A DNA stretch of 64,000 nucleotides from IMG/VR virus record IMGVR_UViG_3300046808_001301. The stretch is one strand, 5' to 3'. A program made the translations under genes and the position numbers. Origin of the DNA: a virus. Under the pieces are notes generated by a model. The model ran no database searches, had not been told where the DNA came from, and saw nothing but the letters and a program-made list of their open reading frames with translations. Positions 8,852 to 19,507 of this stretch are shown here, one piece after another. Within the stretch, counting starts at the first letter, position 1; each line of letters begins with the position of its first letter.

Positions 8852-10290
8852 TGGATGTATTAATAGATTTTGATTCCGTAGCAAGAAAACCTCAAATTAA
8901 ATCCGACTATTTAGATTTAATCAGAGAAACCTTTTCTGTAGAAGACAAAGCTCTAGTCTTTATGAGAAAGAGACTGGGACGCAACATGCCCGTTCGCAAG
9001 TATGCAATTGCTAATAAAGGACACTTTGATCTTCCGTTTGCTGATCAATTGTGTATAGAATTAAAAGCTAAATTTCCAACAATTAATTTTAAATACACTG
9101 ATTCTTTTAAACACGCCAAACAAATAGACCAGTTAGCACAAAATCATGTTTCACTTAAACTAGAGCCAAGAGACTATCAATCAGAGTCAGCAAATAAAGC
9201 CCTAAATAATGGATTTGGAGTAATTGTGTTGCCTACGTCAGCTGGCAAAACATTAACAATAGCACTAATTGCTCAAACCATTGTTCAAGAAAAAAACTAC
9301 AACATTTTAATTTTAGTTCCAGATATACAATTGGTGCAACAAACATACAAAGACTTTATTGAATATGGAATTTCAGAAAATATAATATCTAAGTGGACAG
9401 GAAGCAATGCCTACAACGAAAACAAAATTGTTATAGCCAATAGTCAAATATTATTATCTAAAAAGCAAGATAAAGATGTGCTGCAAAATTTTCAAGTAGT
9501 ATTTTGTGATGAAGTACACAAATTGGCTACAGCTGACAAAATATCAAAGCTCGTTAAAAACATAAAATGCAAACACAAGTTTGGTTTAACCGGTTCTTTG
9601 CCTGAGAATAATTTTGATGTATGGACCATCAACAGAATATTTGGTCCTATTTTGTACCACAAAAAATCAATTGAGCTAAGGGAAGATAAATTTATCTCAA
9701 ACGTGAGAGTAGTTGGTTTAGAAATTTCATATAAAAATATTCCCGAATTTGCAAGACCTTCTATGTCGGAACCCACAGCTGGATACGAAGAAGAAATTAC
9801 TTGGCTTCATACAAATGAATATAGGAATTCGATTGTAGCCAAGCTCGTCAACAAGTTAGAAACAAATACTCTAATATTAGTGGATAGAATAGTACACGGA
9901 GAGCACTTGCTTGATTATTTGAAAAGCAAAACAGACAAAAAAATTTACTTTATTCAAGGTTCAGTAGAACTTGAAGAGCGTGAAAACATGAGAGCATTAA
10001 TGGAAGAGTCGACCGGCATTGTTTGCATTGCTATATCGAAAATTTTTTCTACGGGTATTTCAATTAAAAATTTACATAATATTATTTTTGCCTCCATAGG
10101 CAAATCTCGCATTAAAATTATTCAATCAATTGGCCGAAGCTTGCGCTTGCATCATACAAAAACAATAGCAACGATATTTGATTTAGCTGATACTTGTTTA
10201 ACTTATGGATATAAACATTTTGAAGAAAGAAAACGTTTATATGTAACTGAAAAAATTCCATTAATTACAAACGAGCTAGTTGAAAATTAA
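8851..10290 (+). CDS. uvsW: SF2 RNA-DNA helicase UvsW
   Basis: PRDYQ, LPTSAGKT, DEVH, GLTGS, FSTGISIKNLHN and QSIGRSLR motifs. Confidence 0.95.
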   Translation: MDVLIDFDSVARKPQIKSDYLDLIRETFSVEDKALVFMRKRLGRNMPVRKYAIANKGHFDLPFADQLCIELKAKFPTINFKYTDSFKHAKQIDQLAQNHVSLKLEPRDYQSESANKALNNGFGVIVLPTSAGKTLTIALIAQTIVQEKNYNILILVPDIQLVQQTYKDFIEYGISENIISKWTGSNAYNENKIVIANSQILLSKKQDKDVLQNFQVVFCDEVHKLATADKISKLVKNIKCKHKFGLTGSLPENNFDVWTINRIFGPILYHKKSIELREDKFISNVRVVGLEISYKNIPEFARPSMSEPTAGYEEEITWLHTNEYRNSIVAKLVNKLETNTLILVDRIVHGEHLLDYLKSKTDKKIYFIQGSVELEERENMRALMEESTGIVCIAISKIFSTGISIKNLHNIIFASIGKSRIKIIQSIGRSLRLHHTKTIATIFDLADTCLTYGYKHFEERKRLYVTEKIPLITNELVEN

Positions 10291-10307
10291 AAACAAGCCT
10301 GTATAGT
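10280..10307 (+). promoter_or_regulatory. Promoter TTGAAA-N16-TATAGT upstream of gp55
   Basis: Consensus boxes with a 16-nt spacer. Confidence 0.55.
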
Positions 10308-10320
10308 AACGCTTTAACAA

Positions 10321-10824
10321 ATGAAAAATCAAAAAATTGCTCCAATTCCTAAGCCAGTAGTAAAACGCGTTAGGAGAACTAAAGAGGAATTGAAGGATGT
10401 ATATATTAATCCTGAAGAAATGGAGAAATTGATTAAAGAGTATTACGGTAATGACATTATTTCAGACAAGCTAGCTGAAATGATTCAAATGATTGCTGTG
10501 AGACTTGCTTTAGCTAGAAACTTTTATTCGTATAGTTTTAAGTCAGAAATGCAAGGAGATGCTATTATTAAAATGATGACGGCTTTGCGCAGAAAAAGAT
10601 ATAAGTGCGACTCTGGGTACAATCCTTTTTCTTACTTCACAAAAGTGGCTTACCATGCTTTTCAAAATTGTATTAAAAAATCCAAAAAAGATTTTGAAAC
10701 GCTTAAACGCTATCAAGAAGAAGTGTATGAAAGTCATATTTGCAGCGGACAAATTCCTTCTCGAAAAAATACTCACAATCCAATGAGCGACGATAATGCA
10801 TCATATAGATACCTTGAAAGTTAA
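10321..10824 (+). CDS. 55: Late-transcription sigma factor gp55
   Basis: IAVRLA..NFYSYSFKSEMQGDA and NPFSYFTKVAYHAF motifs; lies between uvsW and gp47. Confidence 0.9.
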   Translation: MKNQKIAPIPKPVVKRVRRTKEELKDVYINPEEMEKLIKEYYGNDIISDKLAEMIQMIAVRLALARNFYSYSFKSEMQGDAIIKMMTALRRKRYKCDSGYNPFSYFTKVAYHAFQNCIKKSKKDFETLKRYQEEVYESHICSGQIPSRKNTHNPMSDDNASYRYLES

Positions 10825-11869
10825 TCCAAAAAACAATAAAGTCCTATTCTTTTCCGACCTTCATCTTGGAGTTCATCAAAACTCTCAGACGTGGCACAAC
10901 ATTGCTTTAAATTTAGCTGAGTGGATCAAAGGAGTAATGACGGAAAACAAACTAGACACTATATTTTTTGCAGGTGACGTGTTTCACGATCGTCATGAAA
11001 TTGGTGTTAATACATTGCATATAGCCAAACGGTTTTTCAACAAACTGTCTGATTTCAACATTCATATATTGCCAGGCAACCACGATGCCTTTCTTTCTTC
11101 GACTGTTGAAGTAAATTCAGTAGAAATTTTAGAACACTCTAATGTATTCGTTCACTCTAAACCTACTACTTTATTAGTTGGCGACAAAAAAGTCACATTT
11201 TGTCCTTGGAAAACTAAGTTATCTGAGTTAGAAGCAGTGGATATGCTTGTCGGTCATTTTGAAATACAAAACTTTAGAATGACATCCGCTAAAATTTGTG
11301 ATCACGGAGACAATTCAACTGATTTGTTAGAAAAAGCAAATGCTGTAATTACCGGACACTTTCACACAAGAGAGCACAGGCAGTATGATTCAGGTAAATA
11401 CATTTTGTACCTAGGTTCCCCGTACGAAATGGATTTTGGAGACAGAGAACAACAAAAAGGAGTTACTATTATAGACTTTGATGATTTTAAAACAACGTTT
11501 GTTGAAAATCCAATTACTCCGAAACATTTTAGGCTAAAAATTTCTGAATTAATTTCAAAAAAATACAACAACTTACCTGATATTATTAACAACAATATTG
11601 TTAGTTTGTATGTAGATCAAAAAATTGATACATTAACATTAGATTTATTGATTTCTAAACTTAGTCAATATTCTCCTCTTCAATTCCGCACAGAATTCAA
11701 TATTTTAGATAACGCTCAAATGGACACAAAGGAAGTCAAAAAACTTTCTATAGACATTGAAACAGCTTTTCATGAGTTTATTGATCACGTAGAAACAAGA
11801 GCAACAAAAAAAGAAGTGCTTGATAAATGTTTGGAATTGTATAAAGTATGCCAAACTGTACATGAATAA
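10796..11869 (+). CDS. 47: Recombination nuclease gp47 (Mre11/SbcD-like)
   Basis: SDLHLG, GDVFHDR, GNHD, GHFH and YLGSPYE motifs. Confidence 0.93.
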   Translation: MHHIDTLKVNPKNNKVLFFSDLHLGVHQNSQTWHNIALNLAEWIKGVMTENKLDTIFFAGDVFHDRHEIGVNTLHIAKRFFNKLSDFNIHILPGNHDAFLSSTVEVNSVEILEHSNVFVHSKPTTLLVGDKKVTFCPWKTKLSELEAVDMLVGHFEIQNFRMTSAKICDHGDNSTDLLEKANAVITGHFHTREHRQYDSGKYILYLGSPYEMDFGDREQQKGVTIIDFDDFKTTFVENPITPKHFRLKISELISKKYNNLPDIINNNIVSLYVDQKIDTLTLDLLISKLSQYSPLQFRTEFNILDNAQMDTKEVKKLSIDIETAFHEFIDHVETRATKKEVLDKCLELYKVCQTVHE

Positions 11870-12713
11870 TAAAGAAAAAATTGGTGTTGGAATTGTCACA
11901 TGCAATCGACCTGAATATCTTAACGGTTTGTTGAGCTCGTTAGTAAAAAGCAATTCTGACATCGACGAAATGGTAGTAGTCAATGATGGCACTCCCGTTG
12001 AACACTTTGACCTTTTTAAGGGAAAGTGGCTTAATAACAAAACGAACTTAGGTGTAGCTAAATCTAAAAACAAAGTACTAGATTATTTGACAAACAAACA
12101 ATGCAAGTATATTTTTGTTTTGGAAGACGATATCGTAATAAAGGACAGCACCGTTTTTACTCAATACGTTGAAGCTTGCAAAGTAAGTGGCATTCAGCAT
12201 TTTAATTACGGGCCTGGGTCTCCTTTTAATCGCGTTCAAACTATTCAAAATCCAGATTTACACAATAGACATTTGTTAGACGAAAAATCGAAGCCAAATC
12301 CCAAACTCATTGTAGATTACAATACTTGTAAAATAGCTTTATATGAACATACAGTTGCTATGTTTTCGTTTTTCACAGCAAATGTTATTAAAAACGTTGG
12401 TTATTATCCAGAAGAATACGACAGGTGTTGGGAGCACGTGGATCACACATATCAAATTATTAAAGCTGGATATCATCCTCCGTTTTGGTGGTTTGCTGAT
12501 TTAGCAAACAGTCATGAATTAATTGAAGAAGCTCCAGGAGCTATTGAAAATTCATCAATAGCTAAAGACAAGACAGAATGGATGGAAAGAGTAATGCAAG
12601 GAAGAGAAATATACAAGACAAAACACGGCCACTACCCAAACCAACCTCCTCTTGTTACTCAGCAGCAAGTTATTGACATTTTAAAAAGTATAAAAAACTC
12701 AAAAGAAAAATGA
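11862..12713 (+). CDS. Glycosyltransferase family 2-like
   Basis: IGVGIVTCNRP, VVVNDG, NLGVAKSKN, LEDD and EHVDH motifs. Confidence 0.85.
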   Translation: MNNKEKIGVGIVTCNRPEYLNGLLSSLVKSNSDIDEMVVVNDGTPVEHFDLFKGKWLNNKTNLGVAKSKNKVLDYLTNKQCKYIFVLEDDIVIKDSTVFTQYVEACKVSGIQHFNYGPGSPFNRVQTIQNPDLHNRHLLDEKSKPNPKLIVDYNTCKIALYEHTVAMFSFFTANVIKNVGYYPEEYDRCWEHVDHTYQIIKAGYHPPFWWFADLANSHELIEEAPGAIENSSIAKDKTEWMERVMQGREIYKTKHGHYPNQPPLVTQQQVIDILKSIKNSKEK

Positions 12714-13483
12714 ACGAAATTGTAACATACGGACAAGGTTATAAACTAAGCTCAGGAATTAAAGTATTTGTTCAAAGTGCTAAACAGCATTGTAATACCT
12801 TAACGATAATTTCTTGCGGACTAACACGGGATTTAGAGCAGTATTTAAATGACAACAATGTTAATGTAGTTGATGCTGAATCTTTAGCCACAAAGTTTAA
12901 CATCCAGACATCTTTATCGCCATATACTTTAAAAGTAATTTATTTTTATTTGTACTGCAAACATTACTCAACCTCGTCCAAATTATATCTGTGTGATTTG
13001 ACAGACGTATATATCCAAAAATCTCCGTTTAGTTTAATTACAAACGACAAACCATACGTTACGAGCGAAAATTTTAATATATGCAATTGTCCGACTAACA
13101 CAACGTGGCTGAATTTATGTTATAATTCCGACATATATAATTTAACAAAAAAATACGAGATTATTAACGGAGGAAGCATATTAGGAAACATCGAATCTGT
13201 AACAGCGTTGCTTAAAGAGATGTGCACAGACATGACTCATGTCATATCCCGAATAGGGAATTATCAAAATATTGATCAAGCAGTTTTAAACAAAATTGTA
13301 TATTTTGATCAATATAGATACAACATTTTAAAAAGCTTTGAAATTGCTAACCTAGCTCACTTTGGAACAGCCAAGGTAGAAACAAACTCAGTTATCACAA
13401 TTAATAACAAAGAGCCTCATGTTATACACCAATACGATGTAATTAAATCATTAGAAAACTACTTGTATGTCAAATTTCAATAA
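12710..13483 (+). CDS. GT-A fold glycosyltransferase
   Basis: LCDLTDVYIQKSPF, INGGSILG, DQAVLN and VIHQYD motifs. Confidence 0.75.
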   Translation: MNEIVTYGQGYKLSSGIKVFVQSAKQHCNTLTIISCGLTRDLEQYLNDNNVNVVDAESLATKFNIQTSLSPYTLKVIYFYLYCKHYSTSSKLYLCDLTDVYIQKSPFSLITNDKPYVTSENFNICNCPTNTTWLNLCYNSDIYNLTKKYEIINGGSILGNIESVTALLKEMCTDMTHVISRIGNYQNIDQAVLNKIVYFDQYRYNILKSFEIANLAHFGTAKVETNSVITINNKEPHVIHQYDVIKSLENYLYVKFQ

Positions 13484-14210
13484 TAAATTCGATGTAATTG
13501 TGTTGTCTTTGGCAGTTGATGAAGACAGCTTTCAAACCACTAAAAAATGTGTCGATTCTTACATCGACACAGCCAATGAATTAATCAACAATATATACGT
13601 ATTAGAAACTAATTCTAAATTTGACAAAAATTACAATCAACAAAAAGTGTCAGTAATTAAACCAAACAAACCGTTTAATTACAATCAATTTTACAACATA
13701 GGATTAAAGCAATGCAACTCTGAATATATTATTGGACCGAACAATGATTTAATAATCCAACCAGGTTGTCTTCAAACAATCTTAACTGAATTTCAGACAA
13801 ACAAACAAATAAGTTCTATTTCTCCTATAGACAGAGAATGGCACAGACACACAAAAATGTATTTGCCAACAGACAATAAGCTCTATTATGGATATGAAGT
13901 ATCGCTCCATATGTTTGGATGTATCTTTGCTTGTCGAAAATCAGTGTTCGACAAAATAGGGTTTTTAGATGAAAGATTTTACTTCTTTTATCAAGACAAC
14001 GACTACATAATGTCTCTCGAACGATGCAACTTGCTCCACGGAGTACACACAGGAGCTAGAGTCAAGCACCAGTCAGGACATTCAAACAAATACGCAGAAG
14101 ATAGATTAAAATATACCCCCAACAACATGCATGAACAGGGAGAATTGTTCATGAAAAAATGGTTCAACGAAGAGCCATACAAATCAGGTGGGTTTAAACC
14201 AGCAAATTAA
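13467..14210 (+). CDS. Glycosyltransferase family 2-like
   Basis: FNYNQFYNIG, NND and IGFLDERFYFFYQDNDY motifs. Confidence 0.85.
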   Translation: MSNFNNKFDVIVLSLAVDEDSFQTTKKCVDSYIDTANELINNIYVLETNSKFDKNYNQQKVSVIKPNKPFNYNQFYNIGLKQCNSEYIIGPNNDLIIQPGCLQTILTEFQTNKQISSISPIDREWHRHTKMYLPTDNKLYYGYEVSLHMFGCIFACRKSVFDKIGFLDERFYFFYQDNDYIMSLERCNLLHGVHTGARVKHQSGHSNKYAEDRLKYTPNNMHEQGELFMKKWFNEEPYKSGGFKPAN

Positions 14211-14996
14211 ATGAAATTAATAGGCAATTTTACTCAAACATATACAGGAAGTGTTCACTGGACTCCTGGAAGTGATTGCAAAAACAGAGACTTTTTAATA
14301 GATGCCTTTTGCAACGATAAAAACAAAATTAATTGTTACAACTTGTTGGATTATCAAACATTTTCGTTTCACAACATGGAGCTGTCCCACGCTCAAAAAT
14401 TAAACAATCAAATTAAAACAGCATTACCAAAAATAAAAGGAGTGTGTTACAACGACACTACTTTAGGTAATTGCATTTTAACTCACTTGCTGTTTTTAAA
14501 AAAACAAGGTATGACTGATTTTTTGTGGATACAAGATGACGAATTTTTTACTCATACAAATTTTAATGACTTCCGTTATTTTTTGGATTTTTACAAAAAC
14601 AACTCAGATATTAAAAACGTAAGTCTTTTATATCCAGTAAGCGAATTTTCTATCTTGGAATCCAAAGACGTTAGAAAAATACCGAATACTGAATTAGAAA
14701 TTAGTTGTTTTTTTCCTACTGAATTAAAGCAAGTTAGACCGTACTCAATGGATTTTACTGCGTTTATTTGTAACATTGATTATTTTTTAACAAAGATGTT
14801 TGACTCAAGTTTTACAAATATCAGAGACGCATATCAACTCGAAGGTGCTGTTTTGCATAAAAGTGCATCAAATAACGTTGAACGAAGATTTTTAAATATT
14901 AAGTTCTTTGACTCGTTTAATATTGTAGGCATGGGAGGATCTCTTAGCCAAGCAACAGAAAGACTAGAAACACTAAAACAGTTAAAATTATTATGA
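14211..14996 (+). CDS. Putative glycosyltransferase-like protein
   Basis: FLWIQDDEFF DxD-like motif and position inside the GT cluster. Confidence 0.5.
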   Translation: MKLIGNFTQTYTGSVHWTPGSDCKNRDFLIDAFCNDKNKINCYNLLDYQTFSFHNMELSHAQKLNNQIKTALPKIKGVCYNDTTLGNCILTHLLFLKKQGMTDFLWIQDDEFFTHTNFNDFRYFLDFYKNNSDIKNVSLLYPVSEFSILESKDVRKIPNTELEISCFFPTELKQVRPYSMDFTAFICNIDYFLTKMFDSSFTNIRDAYQLEGAVLHKSASNNVERRFLNIKFFDSFNIVGMGGSLSQATERLETLKQLKLL

Positions 14997-15586
14997 CACT
15001 ACTAGATCAATATAACGCATTACTTAAAGAGTCTGTTCCTTCAGATAAGTGGCCAGGAAGGACAATCACAGATAAGGGAACCGTCCATTGTTACGTTCAA
15101 GAATATTACAATAAAAAATTTACTCCTTTGAAAAATAAACCAATCAAATTATTAGAATTAGGAGTAGAATACGGATATTCTATGAAACTCTGGTTGTCTT
15201 GGTTTACTAACGCGGATTTTATCGGTATAGATCCATTTCAACCAGAAACGTTATCTTACTTTAATACTCTTTCTAATTGCAAAGGAATTGAAGCTGATGG
15301 TTTTGCAGATTCAACAGTTTCTATGTTTGAAGACAACACTTTTGATTTTATTATTGAAGACGGTCCTCACACTTTAGAGTCCCAAATATTTGCAGCTACA
15401 AAATGGCCAGCAAAATTAAAATCTGGAGGAGTGTTGATTATGGAAGATTTGCAAAATCCCGATTCAGACGTTAAAGCAATTGCGGAACAAACAAAACACA
15501 TGAAAGACGTACAAATCTTGTTTTACGATTTTCGTAGTAAGTCTCGCAGACACGATGATGTTATTATTGAAATAACAAAAAAATAA
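14993..15586 (+). CDS. Class I SAM-dependent methyltransferase (sugar O-methyltransferase-like)
   Basis: TDKGTVHCY, LLELGV..G.S, FDFIIEDGPH and LKSGGVLIMED motifs. Confidence 0.85.
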   Translation: MTLLDQYNALLKESVPSDKWPGRTITDKGTVHCYVQEYYNKKFTPLKNKPIKLLELGVEYGYSMKLWLSWFTNADFIGIDPFQPETLSYFNTLSNCKGIEADGFADSTVSMFEDNTFDFIIEDGPHTLESQIFAATKWPAKLKSGGVLIMEDLQNPDSDVKAIAEQTKHMKDVQILFYDFRSKSRRHDDVIIEITKK

Positions 15587-15589
15587 CAA

Positions 15590-16246
15590 ATGAAAACTAA
15601 AACTGAAAAATACAAGTTTAAAGTATCAAAAGACCAATATCACAACACTGTTGACAGCAATTTTGAAGATTTAAATGAGTCTACAATCCTTAATTTATTT
15701 GAAGAAGCGTGCTTAAATCTAAAACAAAAGAACCAACCTACATACAACATGATCGAATTAGGTTCAAATCAATCATATTACTCGTTGTTGTTCAAACATA
15801 TCTTGGGAGTCGAACGCACTAAAACCATAATGGTAGAACCAGTAGAAACAAATTTAAATGTAGGAAAAAATCAATTTGAACTTAACAACTGTACAGGCAT
15901 GTTTTACCACAGAGGTATTGGAAAAAACGCGAGCTTGTTTTTAGGAGAAAACAATTTATTATCAGTAACCCCGATAACATTAGAAGAAATTTTTTTAGAA
16001 AATAAGTTAAACAATGTAGACATTTTACATTGCGATATTGACGGCTCCGAAAAAATTTTGCTACCTGAAAATCAAAATTTGTTCAAAGATTTAAAATTTT
16101 CTTATATATTTCTAATGACCCATACAAACGAAATTCATTCCTTTTGCAAACAATTTTTAATTAATTGCAAATATCAACTGTTGTCAGAACACTTAATAGG
16201 AGCTCCAAACGTTGGTTGCGACGGACTTCTTGTATTTAGCTTATGA
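15590..16246 (+). CDS. FkbM-like methyltransferase
   Basis: MIELGSNQSYYS, MVEP and VDILHCDIDGSE motifs. Confidence 0.8.
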   Translation: MKTKTEKYKFKVSKDQYHNTVDSNFEDLNESTILNLFEEACLNLKQKNQPTYNMIELGSNQSYYSLLFKHILGVERTKTIMVEPVETNLNVGKNQFELNNCTGMFYHRGIGKNASLFLGENNLLSVTPITLEEIFLENKLNNVDILHCDIDGSEKILLPENQNLFKDLKFSYIFLMTHTNEIHSFCKQFLINCKYQLLSEHLIGAPNVGCDGLLVFSL

Positions 16247-17097
16247 AAATTTTATATTTAACAAAAGGAGATCACGTTGATTATCAAGACGATTGTTTAC
16301 TAATTGGACTAAAAGAACTGTTTGGAGCTGACGTAGTAGATTACAACAAACGCGATCATAATTACGTCTCTTACGATTTATCTGCTGCAAAGACGATGTA
16401 CGGTAAAGGAATGACAGTTACCAGAGTTTTACCTGACCTCGAAGTTGACAGAACTGATATCACCTCAAAAATTAAAAACAAGTATTTTGACTTTGTTGTT
16501 TACGGATCAATTTGGAGATGCAATGATTACATCGAACAAATATTGCAATTTTATCCCAAAAATCAAGTAATAGCTATCGACGGAGAAGACGAAACCAACC
16601 TTCATAAAAATTTTAATTTAGGAATTCCTTATTTCAAAAGAGAGCTTAATTTCGAACATAGTCGCTTGTTTCCAATATCGTTTGCGTTTCCAACATCAAA
16701 AGTCAATTTCACTAAAAACAAAACAAGAGATTTTTCGTTTATAACTCCGTTAAACAAAAATACGTATGTGTACACTAATGAACAAGAATATTATGCGGAT
16801 TACAGTCAATCTCGTTTTGGAGTCACTGTTAAAAAAGCAGGATGGGATTGTCTGAGGCATTATGAAATTTTAGCAAATGGTTGCATTCCTTATTTTTTAA
16901 ACGTAGAAAAGTGTCCCGCTCTTACGATGACTCACTTTCCTAAATTTTTGTGTAATGAAATAAACTCAAATGTCACGCGCTTGAAAAACGACGAACTTTA
17001 TGATAAGTTTATAAACAAGTTTGAAGAGCACTTTTTATCTCATAATACCACAAAAGCTCTGGCTAAATATTTTACCAACAAAATACAAACACTATGA
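16243..17097 (+). CDS. Putative glycosyltransferase (GT-B-like)
   Basis: C-terminal YYADYSQSRFG..KKAGWDCLRHYEILANGCIP motif. Confidence 0.65.
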   Translation: MKILYLTKGDHVDYQDDCLLIGLKELFGADVVDYNKRDHNYVSYDLSAAKTMYGKGMTVTRVLPDLEVDRTDITSKIKNKYFDFVVYGSIWRCNDYIEQILQFYPKNQVIAIDGEDETNLHKNFNLGIPYFKRELNFEHSRLFPISFAFPTSKVNFTKNKTRDFSFITPLNKNTYVYTNEQEYYADYSQSRFGVTVKKAGWDCLRHYEILANGCIPYFLNVEKCPALTMTHFPKFLCNEINSNVTRLKNDELYDKFINKFEEHFLSHNTTKALAKYFTNKIQTL

Positions 17098-17675
17098 AAC
17101 GTTTCGACATCATTAATTCTTTAATTAAAAAGCACAACTACAAAAGTTATTTGGAAATAGGAACACAGTTCGGAGATTGTTTTAAACAAATCGTTATAGA
17201 TCACAAAGAATGTGTCGATCCGCATAAATGTTATAGTGAATTAACACACGAAATGACATCAGATGATTTTTTTGCAAAAAACGTAAAAACATTTGATATT
17301 GTTTTTGTGGACGGTCTCCATGTTGAAGAACAAAGCACAAAAGACATCCACAACGCCTTGAAGATATTAAACAAAAATGGATCTATTGTAATTCACGATT
17401 GTCTTCCTCACTGCGAAGAATTTATTCAAGTATGTTTTAGCGGAACGGTATTTCGTTCAATTATTGATTTGCGTTATAACAATCCGGAACTAAGCGTTTG
17501 TGTTGTAGATACGGACTGCGGTTGCGGAATAGTTCAAACTCAACCTCCACTTCAAACAATATACAATGCTGCTCCCATTGATTTAGCAAAAACGTATTAT
17601 TACTACGAAAAAAACAAGCAGGAGTTAATGAACATTATCTCTACTGAAAATTTTATTTCCTCTTTGAACAGTTGA
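17094..17675 (+). CDS. Class I SAM methyltransferase (Methyltransf_24-like)
   Basis: YLEIG, TSDDFF, FDIVFVDGLH and IVIHD motifs. Confidence 0.85.
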   Translation: MKRFDIINSLIKKHNYKSYLEIGTQFGDCFKQIVIDHKECVDPHKCYSELTHEMTSDDFFAKNVKTFDIVFVDGLHVEEQSTKDIHNALKILNKNGSIVIHDCLPHCEEFIQVCFSGTVFRSIIDLRYNNPELSVCVVDTDCGCGIVQTQPPLQTIYNAAPIDLAKTYYYYEKNKQELMNIISTENFISSLNS

Positions 17676-17699
17676 TAAATTTGTTTTGTAATTTATCAT
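17672..17699 (+). promoter_or_regulatory. Promoter TTGATA-N16-TATCAT upstream of gp46
   Basis: ATG 17707 is 7 nt after the -10 box. Confidence 0.6.
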
Positions 17700-17706
17700 T
17701 ACAAAA

Positions 17707-19506
17707 ATGCGATTCATTACGTTTAAAACACTAGAAGGAAAAAACTTCTTGTCGTTTGGAGATTCAGTTGTAAAGGTAAATTTAAAATCAGGAGTTAACG
17801 CCATAATTGGCACTAATTATGACAAAGAAGACTCTAAGAACGGCGCTGGTAAAAGCTCTATAACTGAACTTCTTTATTACAGTTTGTATGGAGTAACGCT
17901 TAGAGAAATTTCTAAGGACCACATTCAAAATAGCCTTACAAAAGGAAAATGTGAAGTGTCTTTGGAATTTGATGTGTTGTCAAACAACAGTACAGACGAG
18001 TATAAAATCGTTCGCAAATTAAATCCAACAAAGTGTCAATTATTTAAAAACGGAGAAGACGTTACTCGTTCTACACTAGCTAAAACCAATGCTTTAATAC
18101 AAGACATTATCCATACTCCGTCAACGGTTTTTCAAAATTCAGTTATCATGGCAGTCAACAACGCTTTGCCGTTTATGGCATTGCCTAAGACAGACAAACG
18201 CAAATTTATTGAAAGCGTTTTAGGGTTAGAGGTGTTTACTGATATGGTATTAAAGGCCAGAGATGACTACAGTATTGCAAAAAAAGATTACGAGCTCGCT
18301 TACGCCAAATTAGAACAGCAACAAAGCGAGCTAAGTTTTAACCAAACTCAATTAGACAATTACCAAATATCTCGACAAGAACGGCTAAAAAAGCTCGAAG
18401 ACAGAAAAATTACTCTTGAAAAAGATCTTAATACTTTGCAAGTTAAGTTAACAACCACTCAAACAAAAGATCTTTCGTGCTCTAATCAACAATTAGAATC
18501 TCACAAACAGAAGCTTCAACAGTTGCAAGATAAAATAAGACAATTAGACAAGGGAATCTTTCAAGCACAAGCTGAAATTAACGCAGAAAAAAAGCAAATT
18601 GATAAACTACAAACAAATAAAGACATTTGTCCAACTTGTAATCGAGAATATTCTGAAGAACACACTCAGCACGTCACTAACTCCATAACCAACCATCAAC
18701 AAGCAATCGACAAATACTCTGATACAATCGCAAAACTTAACGAAGCCAGCGAAAAAGTTACGGTCGAAATTTCGTCTTTAAAGACCACCATAAAAAATGA
18801 AGAAGCTAAAAAACAAATGTTTGAGGAGCAAATAGCTGCTGATTCAAACATTCAAACAAGCCTAGGATTTCTCAACAAAAGCCTTAAAGAAACAAACGAC
18901 GAAATTGAAATAACAAACAACGAACAAAACAACGAACTAAAAGGAAAGGTTTCTACCCTTAGAGACCAAGTAAACGAAAACATTACTAGAGTAGACAAGC
19001 TAAATAATGATCTAAACGTTTTAGAAACAGTAAAGTTTGTTATTTCAGAAGAAGGAATTAAATCATTTATTGTTAAAAAAATTCTAAAAGTACTGAATTC
19101 AAGAGTAGCTTATTATCTTAAAAAACTTGAAGCCAATTGTTTGTGTCAATTTAACGAATTTTTTGACGAAGAAATTGTAGATGAAAATGCAAATCCAAAA
19201 TCATACTTTAATTTTTCTGGAGGAGAACGTAAGCGTATTGATTTGTCGTGTTTATTTGCGTTTGCTGACATTCGTCGCCTTCAAGGAGACGTAAATTTTA
19301 GCACCGTTTTTTATGATGAGTTATTAGATTCTTCTCTTGACGACAAAGGAGTTCAATTGACATTAAAAATTCTCAGAGAAAGATTTAACGACAACAACGA
19401 ATCTTGTTATATTATTACGCATCGAGGACCAGAAGTTTTATGTAAAGCGGAACACGTAATTCACGTAATAAAACAAAACGGAATAACTCGCGTGAACGAC
19501 ACATAA
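17707..19506 (+). CDS. 46: Recombination ATPase gp46 (Rad50/SbcC-like)
   Basis: KNFLSFG, NGAGKSS, coiled coil with CPTC zinc hook, FSGGE signature, YDE and ITH motifs. Confidence 0.95.
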   Translation: MRFITFKTLEGKNFLSFGDSVVKVNLKSGVNAIIGTNYDKEDSKNGAGKSSITELLYYSLYGVTLREISKDHIQNSLTKGKCEVSLEFDVLSNNSTDEYKIVRKLNPTKCQLFKNGEDVTRSTLAKTNALIQDIIHTPSTVFQNSVIMAVNNALPFMALPKTDKRKFIESVLGLEVFTDMVLKARDDYSIAKKDYELAYAKLEQQQSELSFNQTQLDNYQISRQERLKKLEDRKITLEKDLNTLQVKLTTTQTKDLSCSNQQLESHKQKLQQLQDKIRQLDKGIFQAQAEINAEKKQIDKLQTNKDICPTCNREYSEEHTQHVTNSITNHQQAIDKYSDTIAKLNEASEKVTVEISSLKTTIKNEEAKKQMFEEQIAADSNIQTSLGFLNKSLKETNDEIEITNNEQNNELKGKVSTLRDQVNENITRVDKLNNDLNVLETVKFVISEEGIKSFIVKKILKVLNSRVAYYLKKLEANCLCQFNEFFDEEIVDENANPKSYFNFSGGERKRIDLSCLFAFADIRRLQGDVNFSTVFYDELLDSSLDDKGVQLTLKILRERFNDNNESCYIITHRGPEVLCKAEHVIHVIKQNGITRVNDT

Positions 19507-19507
19507 T

